Shown: positions 48,718 to 61,204, counted from the whole stretch's first letter. The stretch is 63,753 bases of DNA, filler included, from Basidioascus undulatus (GCA_000826855.1; 13 parts of 13 records of this genome joined end to end with filler, not necessarily neighbours in it), one strand, 5' to 3'. Program-made: numbers and translations. Notes: a model not told the origin generated them from the sequence alone.

Positions 48718-49485
48718 CATGAACAACATACTGAGGAAAATGTTTGAGCGTCTGAGATTGCGGGCAAGGTACATGCAATGACGGCTGAGGTGCTCGAGCA
48801 ATCAAGTGGTCCAGACTGGAAGCGAAGCGGCTCCCTTGTTACGTGTCAACCCTATACGGGGCTTCGAAAGACGAAGCTTTTATATTTATCAATTCTGGGT
48901 ATGAGTTTGCATGTCGACTTGATAGTTAGTTCCCGAGGACATCGACCTTGTTCAGCAGAGCGCGCTGCTAGCTGGGGGAGCCTCGAAGCAAGGACTGCGG
49001 AAACAGTGTATGTTTCCTTTGCTTTGGCTGTAAAGCAGCAATTTTCGTGAAAGATTTGAAGGTATGGAAGCACACGCTTTGAGAACATCCAGGTGTGATC
49101 TCAAGGATGTGCCACGCAGCGCTCGAAAAAAGCGATCGAGCGCGGTCCGCGCCTTCTTTTAGCCCCTCACACCCTCAGAGGCAGTCGCCTTTCACTCTTC
49201 CCGGACGACTGACCGTTGCCGTTCTTCGATAGAGGCGTACAAATGGAGTCGGTTAAAGCAGCTCTTTCGCATATGCCAGTTCGCTCGAACCAGCGTCCCC
49301 GGGATGTCAAAGCCGCGCGTTCGTACGCCGAGAGTCTCCAAAACCAGCTCGCTCGACTTCGCGACGAACTGCCCTCCCTTCCGCCGTAAACCCTTACTCT
49401 CCTCGAATCAACCGTACACGAGGCCGCCCTTATCTAGTCTGCGCTCGCGCCCGTCGAGGCTCCCGACCCGCACGACCTCCATGGC

Positions 49486-50940
49486 ATGGGCGACGAGATA
49501 ATGGATCTCGCGCAGTCAGTCCCCGACCTTGAGCCGCGGCCGCGCGCGGTCGACGAGCTCGAGGCGCGCCTGCCGGCTCTGAAGGACGCCCAGCGCGAGC
49601 TGATGGAGCTGGCTGTGAGGTACATGGCGACCGTATGTGTCGCGGCGACTACCAATCGGGCCGTGCGTGGGCCATCGAGCACGTCCGCACGGAGGAACTC
49701 GAGAGCATCGTCCCCTTCAAGGGCGCGCCTGGCCCGGTTCAGATGTGGAGCGTCATTGTCGGGCACTTGGAGGATGACCAGAATGCGCTGCACGCGCTGA
49801 CTTTGACGAGCTCAGTGCTCAAAGACATCGCGACTCCGGTGCGTGAGCTCATAGGCCTGCACGCATCGGTGCTGTTGGAAAGCCGAAGCGTGTTCCTTTT
49901 CAGGTACTGTACAGAGCCCCGCGATTTTGTAACCACCAATCGTCGGTTCTTGCTTGTTGTCCCTTCGGAAAGGCAGCTGAAGTTGAGCCCCAATTGACTA
50001 CATCCCTTCACAGAATCCTCTCATTCTTCGAAACCGGCAATGCCCGTGCAAGAGCCAATTCACTACTTCCTTCAGCACTCTCAGGATGCACTTGGGGATG
50101 ACGAGCGGACGTCAATATCGTTCGTGTCTCACCCGCCCTTTTATTTCCGCGCCCGAACGAGCGCTCAAACGACTGTCCCTACCCCGAGCCCTCGTCGGTT
50201 TATGAAGTATCTCCTCTCGCTCATCTCACCCATCTCAACTTGCACTCTTACGAGTTCATCAAGGATAAGACCTCTTCCGTGGCCGACGTGCTCGCAAGCC
50301 CGCGCTTCGACGCGCTGCGCCAGCGACTGCTCGTGCTCGTGGACCCAACAGCAACGACGCGTCACCGCTACTAACCGCGCTCACGGGGGACGTGCATTCT
50401 GGGCTATGCAGACTTCATCGTCTGGCTATTGAGGATTACATGGAGGACGACGTCCTTGGGGTTTCGTGAAGCTCGCCAAGGATGGAGCATGCCCGACCCT
50501 GGGCGTACTTGGTCTGGCCAGGCGACCAGGTGCGCGATTCCCCTCTTCCGCCTTCGGCTAAGAACGCTTTATGCTTCTATGACTCTTATTGAGGAACTTA
50601 TCGAAATAGTCCGACATCGACGAGCCGGCAAGCGTAGATGCGCTGGACATGCTCGCCGAGCTCTGCCTGAACGAGCAACCTGTGGTTGATTGGTCGGAAC
50701 CCTTTGGATTCTACCTCGAAGATATCTTTAATTCTTCCCATCATCGTGCGTCGCGTCTACACTCTCACTCAGAGGCGAGCTGACGATTCGGCGCGCTGTC
50801 CCCAGGCTGGTCCGAAGCCTGGCACGCGCAGGTCAAAGGCGACTCCGAGTCGGAATCGGATACCTCGAGCGACGACTCCCATGAACCCGATGCGGCAGAG
50901 TCTTCGGGAACCGGGGCAGATGAGGGCGGGCCGTGGTTGA
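49486..50940 (+). pseudogene. F-box-like hypothetical gene with apparent frameshift
   Basis: PVQMWSVIVGHLEDDQNALHALTLTSSVLKDIATP|VLYR resembles a fungal F-box-like motif. The frame shifts at TGTGT ~49636. Confidence 0.4.
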
Positions 50941-51443
50941 CGGACTCGTCGGATGAGGAGAGCTAGGCGGGGGGGATTGCGCAGGGCGGGCTTGAGCTTT
51001 GGGCATTTCGACCGCACTTCCTGGTCGGCTGAATTCTTTGGAAGTATTAAGGATGTGAGTGCGTGGTTGTTAAGAACACAAAAGAGCATGAACCGGCTAT
51101 CTAACTTCCTCGATGGTACCTGAACGCAGCCGTCCCGTCCCTCAAACGCAACGCGCTGTACGAAACTGTGCATGCAAAATTACAGATTTACCTTTCTCCA
51201 CGGATTGAAACGTGGAATAATCTATGCACTTGATACTCAGATCGTCGGATCGGGTGCCTTCCCGCTTTCATCCGGAACAAGTCTCGACGTGGCCCGCATT
51301 GGCTACCCAGACGCTACCTCCCTTCGCGCGAAGAGATGGGAATGAATTCATCCGAATGACACTTGGGCCACTGTTCCGCTTCAGAGTTCCTGTCTGACAA
51401 CACGGTTGAACCACCGCTGCATGCACTTTCCACTTTTACCGCC

Positions 51444-52385
51444 ATGCGACTCTTGCTCACTCTATTGACGGCTGTACCCCTCCTTGTGAGGAGTCAGAAC
51501 AACACCAACAAGTACGGCCTGAGGTATTTTGTAAAGGCTACCCGAGCATGAACTGATTCTGGAACATGGTCGGCCTGCAACAGCTCGACATGCGTGGCGG
51601 ATTGTTACGAGTCCACAATCCTGATCTTCACAGGAGCAGCCGACAACTGCACGATCACGAACTATAACAGTCAGGCTCTCTGGAACATCTCCCTGCTTTA
51701 CTCCATAGCTCACCCATTTTGAAAGCAGAAACGGACGTCAGCACGCTCGCCGCGTGCTACTGCCTCACGCCAGGCTTTACCAACGAATACGAAGCCTGCG
51801 TGTCTGTGCGTACCTTGCTTTCACCAGAGAGCCGTAACTTGGATTCCGATAGAACTAACGCGCTGACTGACACTCGTACGAACAGAACTGCACCGACCCG
51901 ACAGCTGCGCTTGACCTCCGAGGCGACATCTGCGCACTTGCGTGGTCGTCTGGCGCAAACACCACTCTTGCGCCCGAAGCGTCGTCGAGCATCAGCCAGG
52001 CGCTCGCCAGTGCCAATATTACAGGTAAATTTCCCCCTCCTATACAAGTTAAGAGCACCTAGGCTGACTCGTGCTCGCCTTCCACTCCACTCATGACAGC
52101 CGTGCCTACCGAAAGGTACCGAACTGTGTGCAGCCTGCTCTTTCCTGACTGCGGGCGGCACACTTACCTTGAAATCTACAATTCTACAGCGTCTCAATAG
52201 TAACCACCATGACAGACAGCCAAGGTCTCCCTACCTCCACTCAGACGCTCCAGGGCGGGGGCCAGTCTGGAGGCGGAACTGAGAACGCTGCGCCTGCAGC
52301 CGACTTTGCGTTCGCGGGCTTCTTGGGATGGAGTGCGGTTATAATGTTGGGAGGCGTGTTGGTGGGGTGCGGGCTGGTGATGTGA
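51444..52385 (+). CDS. GPI-anchored CFEM-domain protein, 5 introns
   Basis: Signal MRLLLTLLTAVPLLVRS; 8 Cys in CVADC..DNC..ETD..ACYC..EACVS.NC..DIC; S/T-rich stalk; C-terminal NAA plus hydrophobic tail FLGWSAVIMLGGVLVGCGLVM*. Confidence 0.8.
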
Positions 52386-53417
52386 GGCGGTTAATGGAGG
52401 AGCAGACATGTTTCGAGAGACCTTTCACGACATATTCCAAAGCATCTGGCCACCATGCCCGGATTGTTCCTCCGCCGCGCCTTTGAATATTTCTTTTGGC
52501 TCTTGATATATTTTTCCGGGCCCATATTTCTACATGCCTGAGTGAGACATGATTACGACTGTATATTTACTATTTGAAAAACGGCATAAGGTACGGGGAC
52601 CTGTGTGGTCTTGCAAAATGGCTCGACGGAGCCTCCCCTTTGTATTGCCGCCTGTCATGTTTCTTAACCTACGTTTCGGACGGTTCAGGGTACGGGCATC
52701 TGAATGTAGACAAAAGCCACACGAACAACTTCCTTGTCAGCCCACCGACCGGAAGAGATCTGGCAAGACTGTCATGCTGGACTCCGTTGCATGGACCTTC
52801 TGAAGGCTTCTGTCCTCAATTGAACCTGTAAGTTTTTAAAGGGGCTTAACAGACCCATCGAGCTGAACGGCTGAAAGAATCCGCTCAGATAGCCCAATGA
52901 CGAGGATGAGCGGGACTGTCATACCACCCACCTATCCTCACCCTTCTCCTCGCCCTGCACTGTCGCCTCGAGAACATAGAAACCATCATCCTTGACATGT
53001 TCAACGAAAAATCCGCGTCTCATATGTCGAGTGCCAAAGGCGAAAAGAAGACAGCACAAACAAACGAGAAACGAAATGCCGGTCCAGCCGTGCCCTCCGA
53101 GCGGGAGCGTCGAGGGAGTCGTCGCGTGATGATGATACAGAACAGAAAAGAAGCCGGGGGCAGAAGCAGAGGCAGTAAGGACGAGATGAGACGGACTACG
53201 TGGAACCTGGAACCTGGAAACATAGTGCGTGCGTATGGGGAGGTGGAGCCTAGGAGAAACAGGCGCATGGAGGGGAGGTGCGTAGGGGGAGGGAAGGGGA
53301 AGACATAGTAGGCGGGGAATGCGGGATGCGGAGCATGTGGCGTGTGGCGTGAACGTAGAACGAGGCGAAGGAGATGGAGACGAAGAGAGTGGAAGAGGGG
53401 GAAGGGGAGATGGAGAA

Positions 53418-53865
53418 TCAGATGTGCACGAGCGGCCCCTGGGCCGCAAAGATCGCCGCGAAGTCTACGCGCCTGGGCCGCCCTAGCGCGGCTAATCTCC
53501 GGATCTGCGTCTCGCGATCGATGTACTTCAGGTGCTGCGGGCGTGCGCTGTCGCTCGAGCGCCGCAAGCTCGCCGCGACGCTAGGCAGAGCGCGGTGCCT
53601 GTGCGCCTGCGGGGGGGACACCAAGGGCGGGAGGTCGAGGTCGACCGAGCGCGGCTGCGGCGCGGGGATCTTACGCGAGGGGAGGAGGTCGAAGAAGCTG
53701 TCGACCTCTTCGGAGGGGACGTCCGGCGTAGGCGGGACGGGGCCCGCCGGGAAGCGCCAGTTCGTGATGAGCGAGGGCTTATGCGCGTGGGATTTAGGGG
53801 CTGCGGCGGGGGTAGGGGCGGGAGGAGCGGAAGGGGGAAGAAAGCGGGAAGTGGAAAGAGAAAGG
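53418..53865 (-). CDS. Hypothetical protein, C-terminal fragment
   Basis: Open GC-rich frame (..NWRFPAG..KYIDRETQIRRL..GPLVHI*) running from the contig end. Confidence 0.4.
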
Positions 53866-53965
53866 NNNNNNNNNNNNNNNNNNNNNNNNNNNNNNNNNNN
53901 NNNNNNNNNTTAATTAATTAANNNNNNNNNNNNNNNNNNNNNNNNNNNNNNNNNNNNNNNNNNNN
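53866..53965. other. Artificial contig spacer 10
   Basis: N44-TTAATTAATTAA-N44. Confidence 0.99.
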
Positions 53966-54000
53966 TGGGGAGGAGGGAAGGAGGGAAGGAGAGAACGCAC

Positions 54001-54766
54001 CTTGATCTCCTGTATCTGGCTCTCGAGCCCGCCCACGTCCGCATAGCTCTCCTGCGGCGCCTTATCGAGCTTCATAACGCTGACCATCGGGTCCTGGTCG
54101 TCTCCCAGCACGCCAATAACAGCCATATTCTTATGATGCAGCAGCACTGAGCACCCGGGCTCGAGCAGGTCCTTATCCACAAAGCTGAGGATCGAGACGT
54201 AGTGCTCGGGCCCGGTCGCGGTGGAGACGATCGCGTGCTCGTCGTCGATGATCTCCTCGAGCGTGCCCACCGCGATGGGTGACCCGCGCAGGTCGTCGAG
54301 CTTCGACCGCTCCTCCGAGTGCGGGTCGTCTGCCGCCAGCGAGGGCTTCAGAATCGCCTGGTTCGTCACGAACTCTTCTTCGAGCAGGAGGTAGTCCTTA
54401 ATCCGCTCGTGCTTGAGCAGGCGCAGGCGGCAGCGGGTGGTAGGGTGCACCGCGGGGAGCTTGGTGACGGTGGAAGGGCCGCGGCGAGCCTTCTTGCCTG
54501 TGCGAGTGGCGACGGGCGGCTCGAACCGCTTCGGAGGGGGCTTCTGTGGGAGGTACGAGGGGGTTAAACGGCGGTGTGGCGCAAGAAGACGCACGCCTTC
54601 CACTTCCCCCCGAGGAATCAGCAGCACGACGCACCTTGTCCTTCCCATCCCCAGGCTTCTTCTGGCCCTGCTGAGACTGCTGGTTGCCCTGCACCCACAA
54701 ACGCCCACCCCAACTGCTCGTCAGCTCGCCCAGCTCGCCGCCTAGCCCGAGAAAGCGGCGCACCAT
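54001..54766 (-). CDS. RPT2: 26S proteasome regulatory ATPase subunit 4, 5' part
   Basis: [75 protein letters not shown]. Confidence 0.97.
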
Positions 54767-55173
54767 TGTGCGAGTTCGCTATGCGCTGGGGGGAGGTGGG
54801 GGGTTGCTATGCGGGTAGAGAGGGTGGCGGGAAGGTGGCGTAGGAAGGATGAAAATAATAAGTTGAGGAGGATAAGTTGAGGATGAGGAGGATGGAAGAT
54901 GGTGGGTTCGGGATGATGTCGGCGGCCTGACGCGTCGTTCTACGCTTAGTAAGCGCCGCTTACGGTTCGTGAGAGGCGGCGAAGCGAGAAGACACCCCCG
55001 CCGCCCCAGCACTTGCTCTGTTCTCCATCTCACTTATTCATGCTTTTATCCATTTTCACAGATTGAGCGCTCTCTTTCACTGACGAGACTGCGATCAACC
55101 GATCTCTCATCTACGAATCGATCAAATCTCGAAACCCGCGCTCAGCCGCTACTCTCTCGCAACCTTGTCCTTA

Positions 55174-55387
55174 ATGTTCCGCCTCGCCCTCCGCCGTTCC
55201 CCCACCGCGCTCCGGGCCTTTCCCTCCTCCTCTCCCGTCTCCCGGGCGATCGTCACCCCCGCCGCGCGGCGATGGGCTTCCACGCCCTCCAACCCCGGAG
55301 GGAAGGACAACAAGGCTGGGAATATGAATGGGAAGGAGGAGTTCAAGTTGCCCGAGGGGATCGAGCAGACGGAGTTGTTCCAGAAGG
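55174..55387 (+). CDS. First exon of a putative mitochondrially targeted protein; downstream exons not found
   Basis: MFRLALRRSP..ARRWAST is an Arg/Ser-rich, acid-free presequence; GTGCGC donor after ELFQK. Confidence 0.45.
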
Positions 55388-57076
55388 TGCGCTGATGGTG
55401 CCTGGAGGAAGGGAAGTTGGAGGGGGGAGGGGGGACGGTGCCGGTTACGAGTGGGAGTAGGTGAATGGATTGGCTGTACTTGGGAGGGGCGGGTATTGGT
55501 GTGTTAGATACATTATCGGAGAACGACTTTCCTATCGCATCGTATTGCTTCCCTCCATAGAGTTGCAGCGCAGTTCCCGTCACGCCTTAAAGCACGCCCT
55601 CCGTAGTGTCTACGGCCGGAGCACTGCCCGTTGCTCTCACGAAAGGCAATCAGAAAATTGGAACATGCTTTGAGAAGCTCAGCCAGGTTCCATGCTTCCC
55701 CAGCCCATTCCAGTTGCACCTGGACGACACCCCCGTATGCGTTCTCGCATTCACACTGTCCAAAGCTCATGCTTGCTGTAAGCTTTTCTGAAGTACCTGC
55801 TCTTGGTATGCTTCTTGTATTAATGACTCGCGACCCACGGATGGCAAATCGATCAACACGCGCTCCCGAAAAACAAGACAGCATGGTGGGTCGAGCGACA
55901 GAAACCAAACGCACAACTATGCGATAAGGAACGCTTAGATCCGGGCATGCAGCACAGTCCCCGGAAACTGTCTTTGTCCCTTGATTGTTTAGGTCCGCAT
56001 ACTACACCCCTACCTTGAGTGCATTCCTGACTGCCCAAGCTCGCTCAACGAATGTACAGCTACCGGAGACCACACAGCAGCCTACAGACCGGAGAGAACC
56101 GAAGCTTGCACGAGCCGCCCGACGGTAAGCATCAATGCCCTCCTACTAGAAGACTGAATCTTGTCTTTCCGGGCTCTCCAAAGGCGTGCGCCCTCTCCGC
56201 GTCCTCTAGCAGCCCTGCAGCGCATCTCAGCTCTAGCAGCGCGATGCGAACGTGTGAAGTGTCTCGCCTCATCAACTGTCAGAAACGCCAATAAAGGGAA
56301 TTGACATAACCCACTTTCTCAGAAGACCTTATATAAATGTTCCTTAACTCTGCTACTGCCGTTGTGTGCCCTCCCCCATCCGAAACCCGTGGTCGTCATG
56401 GTCTGTCTTGTGCTCTACCGGTCGATGGCGCGGTAAGCGAACCCTTCTTTCCCACTCCAGGCACTGACCCTCATATCTCACCTCGGAATACTTGTTCTAT
56501 TTAGACCACGCCTTAGGTGCACGCTTTCACGGCCGGTCGAGGGTTTCCGTCTTCCTCAGCTGTCGCGTGAGTGCGTTCGAGAGCAAGAACCGGGGACAGG
56601 CATTAGAAATCAAGAGCTATCGGGGAGGTGTATGTAATAGACAGTGATGGTGTGCAAACTCCTGTGGACGGGGACTGCGTTTGAGAACGACGGAGATGAC
56701 AACCTCTGGGAGCAGACAGCGCTTCTTGACTCGCAAGCCAACTCAACTCCTCAAAGTTTACCCAGTTTACCTGATGGCACTCGTTCCCATTTTGAAACCC
56801 AGACATCCTAAAACATCCTGTGATAGGGCCGGGAAAGCGTGAAATGCGCTCAGTGCTGACACTGCGGAGGTTTTGTGGAAAGCTGCACCGTGAACAGAGC
56901 GTGGGCAGAAATCGCTCGAGTGCATGGAGCCCTGATCCTCAGGCAAGCCCTAATTCTAATGAGGGGTACTGCTGAGGTAACTCTCATTCAGAGCACCAAA
57001 GGTAAGCATCGCATCCGTCCTCGAAGAGGAACGGGTGAGGCCCACTGGAGTTTTTACTTCGCTAAATTACTCACGA

Positions 57077-57156
57077 GGCGAGATGGCCGAGCGGTCTAAG
57101 GCGCCAGACTAAGGATCTGGTCCGAAAGGGCGTGGGTTCGAATCCCACTCTCGTCA
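57077..57156 (+). tRNA. tRNA-Leu(AAG), intronless
   Basis: Acceptor stem GGCGAGA/TCTCGTC, D-arm TGGCCGAGCGGTCTAAGGC, anticodon arm CCAGA-CTAAGGA-TCTGG, long variable arm, GGTTCGAATCC, and a TTTT Pol III terminator at 57161-57164. Confidence 0.97.
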
Positions 57157-57169
57157 CATCTTTTGCATA

Positions 57170-57269
57170 NNNNNNNNNNNNNNNNNNNNNNNNNNNNNNN
57201 NNNNNNNNNNNNNTTAATTAATTAANNNNNNNNNNNNNNNNNNNNNNNNNNNNNNNNNNNNNNNNNNNN
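57170..57269. other. Artificial contig spacer 11
   Basis: N44-TTAATTAATTAA-N44. Confidence 0.99.
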
Positions 57270-57571
57270 GGGTGGGGGGGTAAGGGGCGTCAAAGCCAAG
57301 GCGGCAGATGGAAGGAAGACGTCGATAGGTGCAGGGTCGATAGAGGGATGTGATTGCGAGTGAGTGGGATGGTCAGCAGTGTGTAGGAAGAAGAAACGAA
57401 GGCGGTCCGGATGACCACTCTTCGGGGTGCAGATGCGAATGCGATGCGATGCGATGAACGCGCCTTCCCACGCCATCCACCCGTGTCCTGCCCTTGCCAT
57501 CACGTCGCATCAGCGCCGCGCCCCACAAAAGCACCTGTCCCTAATCTGCACGACTCACCTTCGCCCTCCCC

Positions 57572-58075
57572 TCACTTCCTCTTCCCCTTCCCATCCTTCT
57601 TGGACATCTTCGGCTCGACCTTCGCCTGAACCTTAACCTCCATGTCCGTCGCCTGCCTGCTCAACCACCCCAGATCGTTCTCCGCAAACCCGCCCTGCTG
57701 GAGCGCGCGCTCCAAGCGCTCCTTCCGCGTGCCCTCCTTCTCCTTCCCAACCCCCTCGAGCCCGAACCTCTTCGCGAAGCGCCCGAGACGCCCGGACTCG
57801 TCCTCGGTCGAGTCGCGCTCGTGCGTCGGGTTCCACAGAGCGTGGTTCGCTGTGTCCTTCGTGGACTTGTAGGTCGACCGAGGAGACGTCGTGAAGGTCG
57901 TGATGGTGCTCCCGTCCGAGAGGGCGACGCGCTGCGTGAAGTGCGGGAGCACGGCGGAGGGGAGGACAAAGTCGGCGGGGAGGCGGAGGGTTTGCGGGGC
58001 GGCTTTGGAGGATTTCAGACGCCGCAGGGCGGGGGCTGACCCGCGCGCGAGTTGCCGGAAAGTAAGGGGGAGCAT
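57572..58075 (-). CDS. MRPL36: Mitochondrial ribosomal protein bL31m
   Basis: Presequence followed by FTQRVALSDGST..TTSPR..STKDTANHALWNP..EDESGRLGRFAKRF. Confidence 0.85.
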   Translation of the reverse strand: MLPLTFRQLARGSAPALRRLKSSKAAPQTLRLPADFVLPSAVLPHFTQRVALSDGSTITTFTTSPRSTYKSTKDTANHALWNPTHERDSTEDESGRLGRFAKRFGLEGVGKEKEGTRKERLERALQQGGFAENDLGWLSRQATDMEVKVQAKVEPKMSKKDGKGKRK

Positions 58076-58354
58076 TTTGGTACGGGGAGATGGAGGGGAG
58101 GGAAAGAGGCGAGGGAGGAAGGGAGAAGACCGCCGGGCGCGTACTGTACTTGTACTATCCCCGACTTCAAAAGTTCACTAGTAACCGTTATTAGTCTTTC
58201 ACTTTCACTAATAACAATCACCGGCTCGTCCCGCTGCACCGCCGCCGCCCTTGACTTGCTCGCTCGTCATCGCCATCCCCCGCGCAACCAAGGCATCGGG
58301 CCTTCCCCCCTCCTCCTCTTCTGCCTTTGACCAGCACTACCATCACCTAAAAGG

Positions 58355-59446
58355 ATGGCGACCTTCTCCTCGCCCTCATCTTCCCTCCCCGCGCCCAACC
58401 CCTTTGCCCGCGCTGCCTCCTTCGGCCACGGATCCGGCGGAGGGCTCCAGGGGCGGACGCAGACTGTGCGTCTTCCTCTTCCTGTCCAACCCCCCTGCAA
58501 ACAGGAAGTGCTGATTTGGCGGAGGGGGTAGGCGGAGGAGATGTAGTGCGTCTTTGGGTTGGCTGGGAGATGGGATGCGGAGAAGGCGGCTGACGAGAGG
58601 ATGGTGGTGCTGGTGCGGTGGTGGTTGTGGTTGTGCAGCGGCGCGCCAGAGAACTTCCTCGAAATTGACGTGCGCAACCCGCAGACACACGGTGAGTGCT
58701 CCCTCTCCTCCTCTGTCCATCTGACACCCTTCCCTCAACCATCTGCGTTCTCGGGCGGGCCGCTCGGACCGGATTGCGCATCCACGCACCTCGTCCGGAC
58801 CCACTGACATCCTCCCCTCCCTTCTCGGCAGGGCACGGCCGCTCAAAGTACACGACCTACGACATCCACATCTCCGTGCGCCCCTCCTTCCTCTCCCCAC
58901 GTCCCCAAGCTCACGTCCCCCTCCACCCCTATCCTCCCTCACCGCAGACCAACATCCCCGCCTTCAAGCTTCACAACTCGATCGTCTCGCGCCGCTACTC
59001 CGACTTCGAAGTCTTCCGCGACATCCTTGAGCGCGAGTCCACGCGCGTGAACATCCCCGTGCTCCCGGGCAAGGTGTTTACGAACCGGTTCGCGGACGAG
59101 GTGATTGAGCAGCGGAGGGAGGGGCTGGAGCGGTTCTTGCAGATCGTGGCGGGGCACCCGCTGCTGCAGGTGCGTTATCCGCTTTTCCCCTGATCCCATC
59201 TCCGCTTCCCCCTTCTATCCTGTGCCTATCGATAGAGAAGCTGATGTGCGGCTTGGGGAGAACAGACGGGGAGCAAGGTCCTCTGCGCCTTCCTGCAAGA
59301 CCCGTCCTGGGACCGGAGCCAGTGAGTCACGCCCCCTTCGCTCCCACCTCTCTTCCTCTCTCGCAGCTCAACTCGACTCGGCGGGCGAGAGGTACGCGAA
59401 AAATAATGCTCAACAAGCGGATATATTGCACTTCAGGTGGCAGTGA
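58355..59446 (+). CDS. SNX3: Sorting nexin-3 (PX domain), spliced
   Basis: [75 protein letters not shown]. Confidence 0.96.
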
Positions 59447-60465
59447 ACATTCCTACACGCTTCCATACACGACCACATCACGAAAGCCCGCACGAACCCG
59501 CCTCACGCTTACGCACATGCACACGTACGACGCCCCTCGATGCCCCCCGTCCTACAGGGCGCCGCGCGCAAAGCCTTCAGGCGAAGCCCCTCCCCCACGG
59601 CCCCCCACACTGTCCCATCTCTCCACCCGCTTCCACTGCCCTCTCACCCCCTTCCACGCGTCTCGCCTTCCACCACTCTCTCTCCTCACACCTCTCCGCC
59701 GTCCTCCCCGCGCGTCTTCCTTTCCCGCTACCCTTTTCTCCCACCTTCTTCCACGCTCCACCTTTCCCGCTTCCCGCTTCCAGTTCCTTCTTCCACCTTT
59801 CCCCTTTTCCCATTGCCGCTTTCTGTTTTCTGTTTCTCGCCTCCTGTTTCTCGTCTCACTCTGCACCGTCTCCCCTTCCTTTTCCCGCTTCTCGTTGTCT
59901 GTTTCTCGATTCTCGATTCTCGAATCCTTCACCGACCCGCATCGAAAGATGTCAGGAGGGCCGAGGGAGCTTGTACCACGCCGTCGCAATATATCGTTCA
60001 CGCTTTACCGTCTTCCGAGCGAGTCTGATGGGCGTGTCTTCGAGAGGAAGCGAGGGTTTGGCTGGGACGGATATGGTCGTGGAAGGGGGAAGGGGAGATG
60101 GAGGGACACGGAAGAGATCCGGCATTCGGCTAGGCCGTGTCTCGCTGATCTTCACGCGGTGCATTTGTTATCGGCTGGGAGCTGAAGATGCTTGGAGAGG
60201 GAGAGAACTCTGTTATCTTCTGTTCGCGCGAGGGCGTTGCATGCCCGAGCCGGGCCGAGGAGCAGATGCCGGCACTTGCAGTTCGCACATGCGATAGACC
60301 CGCACGCACACGGATGGCCATGCGAATGTACGAAAGATGCAATGCGTGCTCCGATCAGCCAAGCGACAATCTAGAACCCCCCGCCAGAACCAGGACGTCC
60401 TCGCCCTGTTCCCTCTCCTTCTTCTCCACCTCCCTCTTCCCCCGCTCCCCCTCCTTCTCCCCCTC

Positions 60466-60565
60466 NNNNNNNNNNNNNNNNNNNNNNNNNNNNNNNNNNN
60501 NNNNNNNNNTTAATTAATTAANNNNNNNNNNNNNNNNNNNNNNNNNNNNNNNNNNNNNNNNNNNN
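60466..60565. other. Artificial contig spacer 12
   Basis: N44-TTAATTAATTAA-N44. Confidence 0.99.
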
Positions 60566-61204
60566 TAGAGAGGCGGGGTAGGACAGACAAGAGAAGGCCT
60601 CGTGGGGAAGGCTCTCTGCCTCTCTGTTCCTCTGTACGTCGCTGTAGATAATTTTTGCCCCCCGGCCGTCAGAGCGCGCTCGCATCACATGCGTATGCCC
60701 TGCAGCCCACCCTCTGCCTCTTTCCCCCACTCGTCTGTCCTCCTCGTCCGTCGCCGAAAGATGGCTGCCTATTATACTCACCAGACGCTATAGTGTCGAC
60801 GGATTTTCAGAGTTTCCTGCGAGCAGCGCGTTCGCGGGCCATGTGCTCGAAGAGTCCGCGGAGCGCAGACGAACGTCACATACTGCAGAAACAAACACTC
60901 GCGGCTGCGGGCCGCTCTGACTTGCAGGTTTTCAGGTGGCATCGTCAGAAGGCCTAATTTTTCCTAGCATTCTCAAGGGCAGAATCAGAGTACCATGATG
61001 AAGCGAAAGGGAAAACAGCTTTTCCCATGTTGATGGCGCGGGGGACGCAAAGCAATGTCAGGATGAAGTGGACGGTTTGGGTGCGAGGAGAGAAAGTGTT
61101 GAGAAAAGGAAGACAAAAACACAGTTGAGAGACGGGTGTGACGGTCTGGCGGGAGGGTGTCAGCGTGCGCCGGGGTTAAGGGGTGTGGATGTGGGCGCCT
61201 AGTC

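Noticed and set aside
29788..53865. Functional gene cluster (aminoacylase plus methionine permease)
   Set aside because: A role in N-acyl-methionine salvage is conceivable, but the genes are ~4.5 kb apart with unrelated genes between, the permease is dead, and nothing in the sequence shows co-regulation.
56330..57050. snRNA, U3, snoRNA or telomerase RNA
   Set aside because: No U1/U2/U3/U6 signature, canonical C/D box pair or telomere template was found.
59560..59930. Long ORFs in the pyrimidine-rich tract after SNX3
   Set aside because: Low-complexity C/T sequence lacks stop codons by composition; likely UTR or intergenic.
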